Origin: Frankiaceae bacterium
Lineage (GTDB): Bacteria > Actinomycetota > Actinomycetes > JAFAQI01
Direction of reading: 5' to 3'
Assembly (NCBI GenBank): GCA_030840585.1
Contig: JAVEEG010000211.1
Coordinates: 1 to 48,025 of the forward strand
Length of the DNA: 48,025 bases
The notes beneath the pieces were generated by a model. It ran no database searches. It saw only the letters and a program-made list of their open reading frames with translations, and was not told the DNA's origin. Positions 1 through 9,863 of the stretch are shown here, piece after piece; position 1 is the first letter of the stretch; each line of letters begins with the position of its first letter. A program made the position numbers and the translations under genes.

Positions 1-28
1 GCGGCGGCGGCGTAGCGGTCGAAGGCAT
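1..28 (-). CDS. Possible 5' end of a gene leaving the window (MPSTATPPP...)
   Basis: ATG at 28 on the minus strand with GGGAG upstream, just after the stop of the 65..1189 gene; only 9 codons visible. Confidence 0.3.
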
Positions 29-64
29 CGCAAAGAACTCCCGTTCTCTGGTACGTGTGTCGGG

Positions 65-1189
65 TCAGGCGGATGTGGACGCGTACGACGCGATGTGCTG
101 CTGATGCGGCTTCGGCATCGCCGCGACGGCGGTGCCGCAGGCGAGACAGAACGCCGAGCCGGCGACGAGCGGCAGCCCGCACTCAGCGCAGTTGCCGCCG
201 TAATGTCCAGCCGGCGCAACCGTCGCCTCGGTCGCCTCGTCGAGCAGCGCGGCATGCGCCTCGTCGCGGATGCGGATCAACCCCACCGCCGCGGTGATCG
301 CCGCGATGATGAACGTCAGCACGACGCCGCGGTCGCCGTAGATCGCAAGCGTCGCGACGGCGGAGTCGTACACGCCGATCAGCAAGAAACCTTCGAGCAG
401 GCCGAGCGGGTACGCACTCGTGCGGCGGCGCAGCCGCATCACGGTGATCGCACCAGCGGCGGCGTAGATGATCGGCTTCGCGAACCCGAGGGTCAGCGCG
501 ATGAACGCGTCCCGCGCGCTGCTGGTGTTGTGCACGGTCGCCGACGAGAACGCACCGTGCTGCACGACGATCGACTCGGCCAACGCGAGCGACGCACCAC
601 CGAGTGCGGCGAACGTCAGCGCGTCCAACGTGTGCTTGAACCGGGGTCGGGACGTGACGATTACCGGCGCGACCTGTACGGCGATCAACGTCACCAACGG
701 AAGTACGACGCAGAGTTCGAGCAACCGGCCGGTCGACGGCAGGTTGTTGGTGAGCCCGATGATCGCGCCGGATCCGGAGAACGCGTTGGCCAACAAGCCA
801 ATGCCGACACCGAGCGCAGCCGCGAGCGCGACGCAGGCCGCGACGACCGTCAACGGATCGTCGGACCAGACCTCGTGGTCGTAGAGGTACATCAACAACA
901 CACCGGGGAGCGCGATGGCGGCGCAGATCAACGCGACCGGCAGGATGCCGAAGCCGGACGCGACGAGTGATGCGGCGCCGGCCAGCGCGAGACCCCACTT
1001 GTAGAGGTGGTGCCGCGAGCCGGACACGTGCGGCATCAACGTGCTGACGAGTGCCAGTGCGCGTACGGGTTCGCCGGGTGACGCGGCGTAGTGGCTGGTG
1101 CGATCGGCTGACGTCGTAAGGCCCGCACCACAGCGATAACAGAAGCGAGCGAGCTCCGGGTTAACGGTCGAGCACCGGGAGCAGGTCAT
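65..1189 (-). CDS. PrsW-like multi-pass membrane protein with N- and C-terminal zinc ribbons
   Basis: ATG at 1189 after GGAGG; CSRC..FCYRCG at the N-terminus, CAECG..FCLACG at the C-terminus; many hydrophobic helices; ALGGASLALAES resembles the PrsW GxGFAxxEN motif. Confidence 0.65.
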   Translation of the reverse strand: MTCSRCSTVNPELARFCYRCGAGLTTSADRTSHYAASPGEPVRALALVSTLMPHVSGSRHHLYKWGLALAGAASLVASGFGILPVALICAAIALPGVLLMYLYDHEVWSDDPLTVVAACVALAAALGVGIGLLANAFSGSGAIIGLTNNLPSTGRLLELCVVLPLVTLIAVQVAPVIVTSRPRFKHTLDALTFAALGGASLALAESIVVQHGAFSSATVHNTSSARDAFIALTLGFAKPIIYAAAGAITVMRLRRRTSAYPLGLLEGFLLIGVYDSAVATLAIYGDRGVVLTFIIAAITAAVGLIRIRDEAHAALLDEATEATVAPAGHYGGNCAECGLPLVAGSAFCLACGTAVAAMPKPHQQHIASYASTSA

Positions 1190-1368
1190 ATTTTCCTCCG
1201 CAGTCAGGAAGGGAGCGGCGGGAGCATGACACGACATTGAGTCTTCTAGTGCGTGTTTCGCGAAGAAGCAATCCGTGTCTAACCAGTTGGTGCGGAAAAC
1301 GTCACCACACGCGACGGGACGCAACCACAGGCGACGACGGACGCCAATCGGGGTGGCAGTATCGCCGC

Positions 1369-1962
1369 ATGCACAAAGACGACTCCGGTCAATGGCGCAG
1401 TGACGACGACGTGTGGGTGTGGAACGGATCGGCATGGGAGCCCGCGTCGCCCGCACCGAGCGATACGCCACCCACTGCGCCGAAGCCCGACGCCGAACAT
1501 CCGATGTCGCCGGACGGAACACAGGTGTGGGACGGCACCGCGTGGGTGCCGGTCGAGACCGCAACAGCCGGCGCGGACAGTGCCGCCGACGACACCCCAC
1601 CGGAGCCCCCGGTCGAGCATCCGATGTCGCCGGACGGTCACTGGCAGTGGGACGGCACGGCATGGCAGCCGGTCGGCGCGGCCGCACCGCAGGACGCTCC
1701 CACTCGCCAACTGTCACCGGACGGTAAGTGGGTCTGGGACGGGACCGCATGGCAACCGGTCGCGGACGCAGTCGCCGCGAGCAGTGCACCCGCGGCGAAC
1801 ACAACCGCGGCCGCGCTGATCGCGAGCGGCATGCCGGTCTCCGACGACGGCGCGTGGGTGTGGAACGGCACCGAGTGGATCGCGACCGCCGAGCCGGACC
1901 CCGCGCCGGCCGCTAAGAAGGCGGCGGCGAAGAAACGGAAAACCGCCGCGGCCAAGAAGTGA
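1369..1962 (+). CDS. Trp-repeat protein (5 x SxDGxWxW[DN]GxxW) with Lys/Ala-rich tail
   Basis: Five repeats in the translation, Pro/Ala linkers, DNA repeat catccgatgtcgccggacgg spaced 120 bp; start ATG 1369 inferred. Confidence 0.75.
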   Translation: MHKDDSGQWRSDDDVWVWNGSAWEPASPAPSDTPPTAPKPDAEHPMSPDGTQVWDGTAWVPVETATAGADSAADDTPPEPPVEHPMSPDGHWQWDGTAWQPVGAAAPQDAPTRQLSPDGKWVWDGTAWQPVADAVAASSAPAANTTAAALIASGMPVSDDGAWVWNGTEWIATAEPDPAPAAKKAAAKKRKTAAAKK

Positions 1963-3343
1963 GCGCCGTCGCCAGTGCGGCGACGATCACGGCGATCACG
2001 AAGACCCACACGCTGATGTAGCTGAGGCTGCCTTCAATGCCGGCCCAGAGCAGCGCGCCCGCGGCCACCATTGCGGCGCCGATGCGCAGCTGCTTCGTCA
2101 TGCGCCGCCGCCGTACGACGCCCGCCATCGCGACCAGGCCGGCGACGACGGGGATCGAGTACGGCTGGCCGCGCCCGGAGCCCTCGTAGTAGAAGCCCGG
2201 CTGGTAGTACTCGGTCGGGTTGTACGCGTACCCGCCGCTGTCGGCGTTGTAGGCGTACGGGTCGTAGCTGAGACCGCCGACGAAGTACCCGCTGGACGAG
2301 ATGGAGTTGGTGGTCCCGAACAGCGAAAGCACCGCGATCCCCAACGCGACAACCGCAATACCGACGCGGCTGCGCAACTCGATCGGACCACCTTCGGCCG
2401 CGAGCCGGCGCCATGCTTCGCGACCGAGGACGTACGCCGCGACGACCCACAGCAAGCTGGTCACCTGAAGCCGGGCCGACGCGACCGCGACACCTATGAC
2501 GAGCGCGGTCAGCACCCAGAAGCCCGCGGCCGCCACTGGTGCCGGCAACGACACGCGATTGGCCGGGAGCTTCGCAGTCTCGGCGACCACGGCCACTGCC
2601 GCGGCGAGCAGCAACACGACGGTCCAGAACCAACCCGGGCCGTACTGCCCAGGGAGCCAGCCAACGATGATCGCCACGACGGTGAGCACGGCACCGAACA
2701 ACGGCGCCGACTGGCGCAACACGGTCAGCGTCGGCGCAGCTGTCGTTGCCGCGGGCGGGCGGGAGCGGCGCGCTTCGCGAAGCACCGGGACAAGCACGCA
2801 CACCAGCGCGAGGAACCATGCCACCTGGGTGACGCCGAGGCTCAAGAAGTCGGCCTGCTGCGCGGCGAGCAGCAGCGCGAAGCTGGTGAGCAACACCGGC
2901 GATCCGATCACCGCCGGCACGCCGTTGAGGGCAGGCAACCGGCCGCCTTCGCGCAACTGCCCGGCGACCACGACGAGCCCGAGGACGAGAAGCACGATCA
3001 ACCACCGGACCGGCACGGCGTGCGAGGAATGCACCCGATCGGCGATGAGCGCGATGACGAGGAACCCGAAGCCGAGCACCGGCCAGACCGACCCGGTGCG
3101 GGCCGCCGTAGCGGCGCCGGCTGCGGATGGCTGGTCGTCGTCGGTGCCGAGACCGACCCGGCCGGCCTCGCGATCCAGCGCCGCAATCGCCTCGGCCCAC
3201 GCGCCCTTGACCATCGCGATCAGCGAGGTTGCTTGAGCCGGCAGCACGAACGATCGCGGCGCCGAGCCGGGCGGGGGTGGCGGTGGCTGTGTTGGTGGCG
3301 GCGGCGGTGGTGGCGGTGGTGACGTTGCCCCCGTGGTCGTCAT
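1913..3343 (-). CDS. Polytopic membrane protein of unknown function
   Basis: Pro-rich N-terminus, more than 10 hydrophobic segments, Tyr/Gly-rich loop near the C-terminus. Confidence 0.7.
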   Translation of the reverse strand: MTTTGATSPPPPPPPPPTQPPPPPPGSAPRSFVLPAQATSLIAMVKGAWAEAIAALDREAGRVGLGTDDDQPSAAGAATAARTGSVWPVLGFGFLVIALIADRVHSSHAVPVRWLIVLLVLGLVVVAGQLREGGRLPALNGVPAVIGSPVLLTSFALLLAAQQADFLSLGVTQVAWFLALVCVLVPVLREARRSRPPAATTAAPTLTVLRQSAPLFGAVLTVVAIIVGWLPGQYGPGWFWTVVLLLAAAVAVVAETAKLPANRVSLPAPVAAAGFWVLTALVIGVAVASARLQVTSLLWVVAAYVLGREAWRRLAAEGGPIELRSRVGIAVVALGIAVLSLFGTTNSISSSGYFVGGLSYDPYAYNADSGGYAYNPTEYYQPGFYYEGSGRGQPYSIPVVAGLVAMAGVVRRRRMTKQLRIGAAMVAAGALLWAGIEGSLSYISVWVFVIAVIVAALATALTSWPRRFSVSSPPPS

Positions 3344-3489
3344 CTGGCCCCGTCCTCTGTAGCGGCGAGAATCCGGTCGGCGCGACGATAACGCGAGCTA
3401 CGCGATGGTGACTCGAATATCGCAATACCGCGACGAACCGCCGTCGATCGGACCAGAATCAGCGGGAAGGAGACGACGCTCGGAGGATC

Positions 3490-4581
3490 ATGCGCCGGAC
3501 AGTTCGTATCCTCGCCATCGACGGGGGCGGGGTGCGCGGCCTGTTGCCCGCCCGTTTCCTGATGGAACTGGAAGCGATGAGCGGGCAGCCGCTGCATTCC
3601 CTGTTCGACATCATCGCGGGGACATCGGTAGGCGGGATCATCGCGCTCGGCTACGCGACACCGGGCGAGACCGGCGCGGGCTTCTCAGCCGCGACCGTGT
3701 TCGAGGACCTGCGCCGTTGGCTGCCCGACATCTTCCCGCCGTTGCAGACCGCTGCGTCGCTGGACGGGTTGCGCGACGTGCACGAGCGACATGCGCTGTC
3801 CCAACTCGTCGGCGCCGCGTTGCTGCCGCACCACTTCGGCAACGCCCGCTATAGCGCGGCAGCGCTCGAAGGTTGCGTGCTGCAGGCGTTCGGCACCGCA
3901 CGGCTCAGTGACGCGCTCACCGACGTGGTGGTGCCGGCGTACGACATGCACGGCGGCCAACCGATGGTGTTCCGCAGCCGCGACGCTCGCTCCGGTACGG
4001 CGGTTTGCGGTGACCCACTGATGGTGGAGGTCGCCCGGGCGACGTCGGCGGCACCGACGTACCTGCCGCCGTTGCGATTGCTGGCGGATCAGCAGGAGTC
4101 GGTGCTCATCGACGGCGGGGTGGTCGCGAACAATCCGGCCGCGATCGCGTACCTGGACGGGATGGATCGGGACCGCGACGACGACGGCGCCGCGCCCGAC
4201 GTCGTGCTGCTGTCGGTCGGCACCGGGCGGCCGTCGACCCAACAGCCCAGTTACGAGGAGATCTTCACCCGCAGCTGGGCGTCGCTCGGGATGGGGCTGC
4301 TAGGTGTCGTGCTCAACGGTGCCGGCGAGATGGCGCACCAACTCGTCGACCGCATGGTGTCGGGCCGGCCGGCACCCAATCAGTACGTCCGCGTGCAACC
4401 GACGCTGACACCGGACGCCAGCCTGCACATCGACGACGCGTCGCCGGCCAATCTCGACGCGCTGATCCGGTGCGCGGAGGCGACCGTGCAAGAACACCGG
4501 CCGGCACTCGAAGGGCTCGTCGAAACATTGACCGCGACCGGGCCGGTTCCGCGGCAGGCGGCCGGCTCGCCGGCGAGTTGA
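3490..4581 (+). CDS. Patatin-like phospholipase
   Basis: DGGGVRG oxyanion loop, GTSVG nucleophile motif, ATSAAPTY, DGGVVANNP; GGAGG RBS. Confidence 0.93.
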   Translation: MRRTVRILAIDGGGVRGLLPARFLMELEAMSGQPLHSLFDIIAGTSVGGIIALGYATPGETGAGFSAATVFEDLRRWLPDIFPPLQTAASLDGLRDVHERHALSQLVGAALLPHHFGNARYSAAALEGCVLQAFGTARLSDALTDVVVPAYDMHGGQPMVFRSRDARSGTAVCGDPLMVEVARATSAAPTYLPPLRLLADQQESVLIDGGVVANNPAAIAYLDGMDRDRDDDGAAPDVVLLSVGTGRPSTQQPSYEEIFTRSWASLGMGLLGVVLNGAGEMAHQLVDRMVSGRPAPNQYVRVQPTLTPDASLHIDDASPANLDALIRCAEATVQEHRPALEGLVETLTATGPVPRQAAGSPAS

Positions 4582-4586
4582 CCACG

Positions 4587-5372
4587 ATGAGCAAGAACGA
4601 CGGTGACGAGCTTCGCGCGTTGCGGGCCGACCTGCACGAGCGGATCCGGCGGGCGACCGACCTGCCAATGCTGTTGCTGTCGATCGCGTTCATCGTCGTC
4701 ATCATCTGGCCGATCGCGAGCCCGCACCTCGGCTCGACCGCGCGGACCGTGTTGACCGCGACGGACGACGGCATCTGGGCGCTGTTCGCGCTGGAATACG
4801 GAGCGCTGGTCGTGACCGCGCCGAGCCGGCGGCGGTATGTGCTGTCGCACATCCCGGATCTGCTGATGGTGCTGTTGCCGATGCTGCGGCCGCTGCGCAT
4901 GTTGCGGGTACTGCGGCTCAGCACGGTGGCGGTGTCGGGCGCGCAACGCTCCCGGCACCTGCTCATCTCGCGGGCGCCGCTGTACGCGGCCGGGCTTGCC
5001 GGGCTCGCCGTCGTATCCGCGGCGGTGATGGAACTCAACGCCGAGCAGCACGCGGCCGGCGCGCGGATCGTGAACATGGGCGACGCGATGTGGTGGGCAG
5101 TCACCACGATCACCACGGTGGGGTACGGCGACTTCTTCCCGGTCACCGTTCCCGGCAAGGTGATCGCCGCCGCGCTGATGCTGACCGGCATCGGATTGCT
5201 CGGCGTCATCACCGCCTCGGTGGCCGCGTGGTTCGTCGGTGCGGAAACGGACGAGGCGATGTCGCGCGAGGCCCGGCTGGAGGCGATCGTCGTACGGCTG
5301 GAACAACAGGTGGAAGCGCTCAGCCGGTCGGTGGCGCCGGGCGAGCTCGCCGATGCGGCGCGGGAGGGCTGA
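4587..5372 (+). CDS. Potassium channel family protein
   Basis: WWAVTTITTVGYGD selectivity filter; S4-like RPLRMLRVLRL. Confidence 0.92.
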   Translation: MSKNDGDELRALRADLHERIRRATDLPMLLLSIAFIVVIIWPIASPHLGSTARTVLTATDDGIWALFALEYGALVVTAPSRRRYVLSHIPDLLMVLLPMLRPLRMLRVLRLSTVAVSGAQRSRHLLISRAPLYAAGLAGLAVVSAAVMELNAEQHAAGARIVNMGDAMWWAVTTITTVGYGDFFPVTVPGKVIAAALMLTGIGLLGVITASVAAWFVGAETDEAMSREARLEAIVVRLEQQVEALSRSVAPGELADAAREG

Positions 5373-5373
5373 C

Positions 5374-6399
5374 GTGGCCGGCGATCGGCACTACACCGGG
5401 GATCGGGCCGCGCTCGGCAGGTTCGAGACGTTCTTCTTCGCCGCGATCTCGACCGTGGTGCTGGTGCGCGCATTTCTCATCGTGACCGGCTATCCCAAGG
5501 TGGGCGGGCACGGATTGCACGTCGCGCACGTGTTGTGGGGCGGGCTGTTCATGGGTGCGGCGATCGCGATCGCGATGATCTACCCGGGATCGCGTTGGCG
5601 GCATCGCGCCGCGATCCTCGGCGGCACTGGCTTCGGCCTGTTCATCGACGAGATCGGGAAGTTCCTGACCAGCAGCGTCAACTACTTCTACCGGCCGGCG
5701 ATCGCGATCATCTACGTCGTGTTCGTGGCGTTCTACCTGACCGTGCGCGAGCTGGTGATGCGCCGGCCGCTGTCCCAACCGCAACGGCTGGCGATCGCCT
5801 CAACCGCATTGGCCGATCTGTCGCTGGGACAACTCGGCAGTGGCGGTCGGGCGTACGCGTTGTCGGTGTTGGATGGCGCCAATCCTGACGATCTGGGTGA
5901 GCACATCCGATCCGCGCTGCTGTGCCAGCCGGTCCCTACGTCGGTCGCCGAGAGCCGGCTTACGGTGCTGCGGGAGAAGTTGGTCGAGCGGGCGCGGAAC
6001 ATGCTCGGGCATCCGCTGGCACACATCGGCGTCTACGCCGTGATCCTCACGCAACTGGTCGTGGTGCTCGGGCAACTCGCCGTGCTGATCGTGCAGCCGG
6101 CGCTCGGTGAGTCAAGCGGATCGAACACGACGATGCGGGTAGCGGAGGTGGTGACTGCGGCCAGCGGCGCCTACACGTTGTACGGCTTGGTGCGCGCTGT
6201 TCGCGGCGATCGCTCGGGTGCGTTGCGGGTGCTCTTCCGGTCGGTGCTCATCACGGTGCTGGTGACGCAGACGTTCGTGTTCGCGGAGTATCAGGCGCTC
6301 GGGATCATCGGGCTGCTGGTGGACCTCGGCTTGTTCGGGCTGCTGCGGGTCGCCGGTGAGGCGAAGCCGGACGCGTTCCTGGAACCGGACCTGGCGTGA
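5374..6399 (+). CDS. Conserved-type actinobacterial membrane protein
   Basis: GTG 1 bp after the previous stop; GYPKVGGHGLHVAHVLWGG and GFGLFIDEIGKF motifs; multiple TM helices. Confidence 0.8.
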   Translation: MAGDRHYTGDRAALGRFETFFFAAISTVVLVRAFLIVTGYPKVGGHGLHVAHVLWGGLFMGAAIAIAMIYPGSRWRHRAAILGGTGFGLFIDEIGKFLTSSVNYFYRPAIAIIYVVFVAFYLTVRELVMRRPLSQPQRLAIASTALADLSLGQLGSGGRAYALSVLDGANPDDLGEHIRSALLCQPVPTSVAESRLTVLREKLVERARNMLGHPLAHIGVYAVILTQLVVVLGQLAVLIVQPALGESSGSNTTMRVAEVVTAASGAYTLYGLVRAVRGDRSGALRVLFRSVLITVLVTQTFVFAEYQALGIIGLLVDLGLFGLLRVAGEAKPDAFLEPDLA

Positions 6400-6425
6400 C
6401 GGTGCCGCGGCGTTTGGGCGAGGTG

Positions 6426-6584
6426 TCAGTGCCAGCCGCCGTTGAGGTAGCGCCGCTCCTTCTCTCGCTTCGGCTTGCGGCTCGCCTCCCGGGTGCCGTC
6501 GGGCGGGCGGCTGGTGAGCACGATGGCGAGCACGCAGATGGTGCACACCAGCGCCAGGCTCACCGCGACAATCGGCTCGCTCAT
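6426..6584 (-). CDS. Small single-TM protein (52 aa)
   Basis: MSEPIVAVSLALVCTICVLAIVL followed by a basic tail. Confidence 0.45.
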   Translation of the reverse strand: MSEPIVAVSLALVCTICVLAIVLTSRPPDGTREASRKPKREKERRYLNGGWH

Positions 6585-6737
6585 AACGAACCCCGTTTCT
6601 CGTGCCGATGCCGCAAACACTGACAGAACGGACATCATGATCGGGTCGAAATCGCGGAATTGGCTGATGTTCGCCACTGCGTTGGTGCCGGCACCTCGGC
6701 TGACCCGAACTAGCCATCTTGGCCGGCTTGGCGGCGC

Positions 6738-7136
6738 GTGGCGATGGTGACCGGCGAGACTGCACAGATGAGACGCGTGCTGGTCGTCGACGACGAGCCG
6801 GACATCCTCGAGTTGTTGACGATCTGGCTGGACGACGATCCGCGTTGCTCACATGTGTTCCGGGCCAACGACCTCGAGGGCGCGCTGAGCCTCGCGATCG
6901 AGAAGCGACCGGACATCGTGGTCCTCGACTTCTGTTTCGGCCATCGGGTGAGCACCGAGATCCTGCCGCCGTTACGGGCCGCCTGCCCGGAGGCGCTGAT
7001 CGTCGTACACACGGCGAGCAAGCGGGCGGCGGAGCTGTCCGGCGTGCTTCAGGCCGGCGCGGACTCGATCGTGGAGAAGGGTGCCGAGACGATCGACGAG
7101 GTCATCGACAGCCTCTTCGTCACCGCCCGCCTCTGA
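6738..7136 (+). CDS. Stand-alone response regulator receiver (CheY-like)
   Basis: VLVVDDE, PDIVVLD phospho-acceptor, VVHTA, GADSIVEK; start may be ATG 6768. Confidence 0.88.
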   Translation: MAMVTGETAQMRRVLVVDDEPDILELLTIWLDDDPRCSHVFRANDLEGALSLAIEKRPDIVVLDFCFGHRVSTEILPPLRAACPEALIVVHTASKRAAELSGVLQAGADSIVEKGAETIDEVIDSLFVTARL

Positions 7137-7206
7137 CCGCTCGCCGCCGCTGACTGCTCGCGCCAGCACACAGGTTGACCTCCACGGCGATTCACGCCGG
7201 ATGTGC

Positions 7207-8802
7207 CTACGGGCCTGCCGGCCCCGGCGTTTGGTTGACGATCGCGGTCATCACTTGCGACGCCATCCAGTACGCCCACGAGCGGCCGCGTTCGTCGACC
7301 CGGCGGGTACCGGACGTCCATGACGAGGACTCCGGCGGCACCTTGATTCCCCACCGTCCCGTGTACGACCACCACGGGGGTGGATCGAGGTCCGGCGCAC
7401 CCTGGCGCGCGGCGGCGATCCGGCACAGCACCTTCATGTCGAAGTAGGCGACGTCCCAGCCGTCCGGGGAGCCATCGTTCGTCGCCCAGCCATCCGGCGC
7501 CGGCTGGTTCGGATCGGGTGGCGCGGACGAGCCGAACGCCGGATTCCCGACCTGACCACCAGGCTCCACGGTGCTGTCGGCCGATCGCGGAATGTCGGCG
7601 GTCGATTCGTCGTCGTCCCACAGCTCGGTGATGGCATTGATCAGCCAGGCGATCAGCCACCAGATCGGCCCACCCGCAAGGATCGTGGCGACCACACCAC
7701 CGGCATCGCCCGCGATCGCCGTACCGACCATGCCCGGGAGCACCGCGGGAGCGAGTCCTTCCATGTCCGAGCCGGGCTCGTAGTCGAGGCTCGGCCACGG
7801 CTCCTGCGGCTTGGTTGGCACCTCTGCGGACTGACCGACGAAGAAGCGGTGCGTCCCCGCGCCAACCCACACGCCGGCATGCGCTTCGTCGCCGTTGGCA
7901 CCGGTCGCGATCTGGATGAGGCCGTCACTCACCCGCAACGGGGTGCACGACCAGTTCTCCGGGTCGAGGCTGAGCACGACCCATTCCGGCCGCGGCTCGC
8001 CGCGCAGTTCGAGCCGCTTCGGGCGGTGATCGCCGTCGAGATCCTCGAGGTTGCCGGCCACCCGGTAGAACAGGCTGACCGCGGCCCATTGGCCTTCGAG
8101 CGTGGACACGTCCTGACCGGCGAGCGGTGTCCGCGCCGGGAAGAAGTAGTAGTAGGTGACCTGGAGGAAGTGGTCGAGCGGCGATGACGTCATCCCTGCG
8201 GCCGGCGGCGCTTCGCGGAAGTGAGCACCGGCCCAGTCGACCTCGCAGTAGACCGCCGGCGACACCGGTTGCGGCGTACCGAAGAACGGACGGTTCGGCT
8301 GCAGGGCTAACGATTCCCACACCACGTCGTGGTTGATGGCCGACGCGAGCTCGGAGAAGGCGGCGCGTACGTAGTCGACATCGCCACCCTTGTATGGCTC
8401 CTTCGGCTGCGCCCAGCCGCCGAACGACAGGAACAGTTCGTGGGCCGGATCCGGGGCGCCCGCGTACGCCGCGTTGCCGATGGCGTCGACGGCGCCAGAC
8501 GCTTCGACCCGCAACGGCGAGTCGTCAGGATTGGGCGGCCCGGCGAGCCGGACGTGGTCGGTGACCGAGTTGCTAGCTCGCAGCAGGCAGGTCCCGCGAT
8601 GGTGCGGATCGGCATCGAGCGCGCCGATGTCGTCCGGGTCCACCTCGGTGTCCCACGGCGCGGAGGTGGTGTGGGTGAGCCACGCCTCAGCGCGGATCGG
8701 ATAGAAGGCTTCCTTGTCCGAGAAGAACAGCGCCGGTATCGAGTTGGCGGCCAGCTTGCGGACCAAGTCCGGGTCGAGCGTCGTCATTTCGGGTCGCTCC
8801 AT
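7207..8802 (-). CDS. Vps62/NPP1-like hypothetical protein
   Basis: PALFFSDKEAFYP, LQVTYYYFFP, EGQWAAVSLF, WSYTGRWG resemble the recalled Vps62-related motif series. Confidence 0.55.
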   Translation of the reverse strand: MERPEMTTLDPDLVRKLAANSIPALFFSDKEAFYPIRAEAWLTHTTSAPWDTEVDPDDIGALDADPHHRGTCLLRASNSVTDHVRLAGPPNPDDSPLRVEASGAVDAIGNAAYAGAPDPAHELFLSFGGWAQPKEPYKGGDVDYVRAAFSELASAINHDVVWESLALQPNRPFFGTPQPVSPAVYCEVDWAGAHFREAPPAAGMTSSPLDHFLQVTYYYFFPARTPLAGQDVSTLEGQWAAVSLFYRVAGNLEDLDGDHRPKRLELRGEPRPEWVVLSLDPENWSCTPLRVSDGLIQIATGANGDEAHAGVWVGAGTHRFFVGQSAEVPTKPQEPWPSLDYEPGSDMEGLAPAVLPGMVGTAIAGDAGGVVATILAGGPIWWLIAWLINAITELWDDDESTADIPRSADSTVEPGGQVGNPAFGSSAPPDPNQPAPDGWATNDGSPDGWDVAYFDMKVLCRIAAARQGAPDLDPPPWWSYTGRWGIKVPPESSSWTSGTRRVDERGRSWAYWMASQVMTAIVNQTPGPAGP

Positions 8803-9863
8803 CCGGGCGGTCGATTGGCCGGCGGATAGCCGGGATAGTCGCCCTCGGCCGGCTCGCCGCCGAAGGGATCGCCGTGGCGCCGGTGGTCGTGCTTGCGCGG
8901 TGGCACGTCCGGCACACCGCAGAGGAGCCCGGGCAGGATCTCCCGCAGCCGACGATCCTTGGCGATCGGCGCGAGAAGGTCGTCGACGCCGCCGAGGGCA
9001 GCGGCAACGGCCTGCTGACCGAGAGCGGCGACGAGTACGTCGTAGAGGTGCATCGCGTACTGGGCGAACAGCGCGTAGTCGCCGGCGCGGAACGCAGCCG
9101 TGAGTCGCGGCGCCGTGCTCGCGACGTCGGCCCGAGCCGCCGCGGGGAGATGGGTGTACAAGCGGGCGACGATTCCCTGAATCTCCGTCAGCAGCTGGCG
9201 CAGCTTGTCGCGGTCATAGCCCAACCGCCGCAGTTCCGCCCCGGCTCGGGCCAATGCGTCGTCGTCCATGCAACATTTGTCGAGCGGGGAGTCGGGGCGG
9301 TTGCGCCACAACCACACCTCGCTGATGTCGCCGTCGAAGGCGTAGTTGTTGACCGGCTCGGGCCAGTGCCCGACGGTCAACCCGTTGGGCCCTACGGGCC
9401 GCACCGGACCCGGCACGTCGGAGCGGACGGCAACGACTTTGCCGTCGAGAGCCAGCCACCCCGTCGAGAGCCCGTCGTGGCCGCAGTCGGCGCGATGCCA
9501 GTTGCCGTCGTTGATCGGCAACGGCCCGGTCTGCGGTCCGGTCCACGACCCGTTGCCGTCGAGGATCGTCGCCTTCAGGGCGAAGCCGGGGATGATGTAG
9601 AGCGCGAACGACAGCTGTGACTCGGCCAGGTTGTAGCGGGCGTTTGCGTTGGTGCCCTCGAGCCGGAACCGAACCGAACACCGGAACCCGCCGAGGTCGC
9701 GCAAGGTGCTCGACGGCGGCACGTCGATCCGGGACGACGGATGCTTGAACCGGATCGCGCCCTGGTCGGGCCAGACGTCGTGGACGACACCGTGGTTGTG
9801 GAATCCCGACGTGTCCCACGCCAGGCCGGCGCTGTAACGGTGGTGGAGGATGAGTTCTCTCAT
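8784..9863 (-). CDS. LamG/concanavalin A-like domain protein with helical C-terminal domain
   Basis: DTSGFHNHG, DGNWH, LALDG, LTVG, FDGDISEVWLW are LamG-like motifs; ATGA overlap with the upstream gene. Confidence 0.75.
   Translation of the reverse strand: MRELILHHRYSAGLAWDTSGFHNHGVVHDVWPDQGAIRFKHPSSRIDVPPSSTLRDLGGFRCSVRFRLEGTNANARYNLAESQLSFALYIIPGFALKATILDGNGSWTGPQTGPLPINDGNWHRADCGHDGLSTGWLALDGKVVAVRSDVPGPVRPVGPNGLTVGHWPEPVNNYAFDGDISEVWLWRNRPDSPLDKCCMDDDALARAGAELRRLGYDRDKLRQLLTEIQGIVARLYTHLPAAARADVASTAPRLTAAFRAGDYALFAQYAMHLYDVLVAALGQQAVAAALGGVDDLLAPIAKDRRLREILPGLLCGVPDVPPRKHDHRRHGDPFGGEPAEGDYPGYPPANRPPGWSDPK

Noticed and set aside
1190-1804. Long N-terminal extension of the 65..1804 ORF
   Set aside because: Overlaps the plus-strand repeat gene; a clear RBS and ATG at 1189 give a better start
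3490-4581. Patatin as a CBASS CapV effector
   Set aside because: No CD-NTase or other CBASS gene nearby
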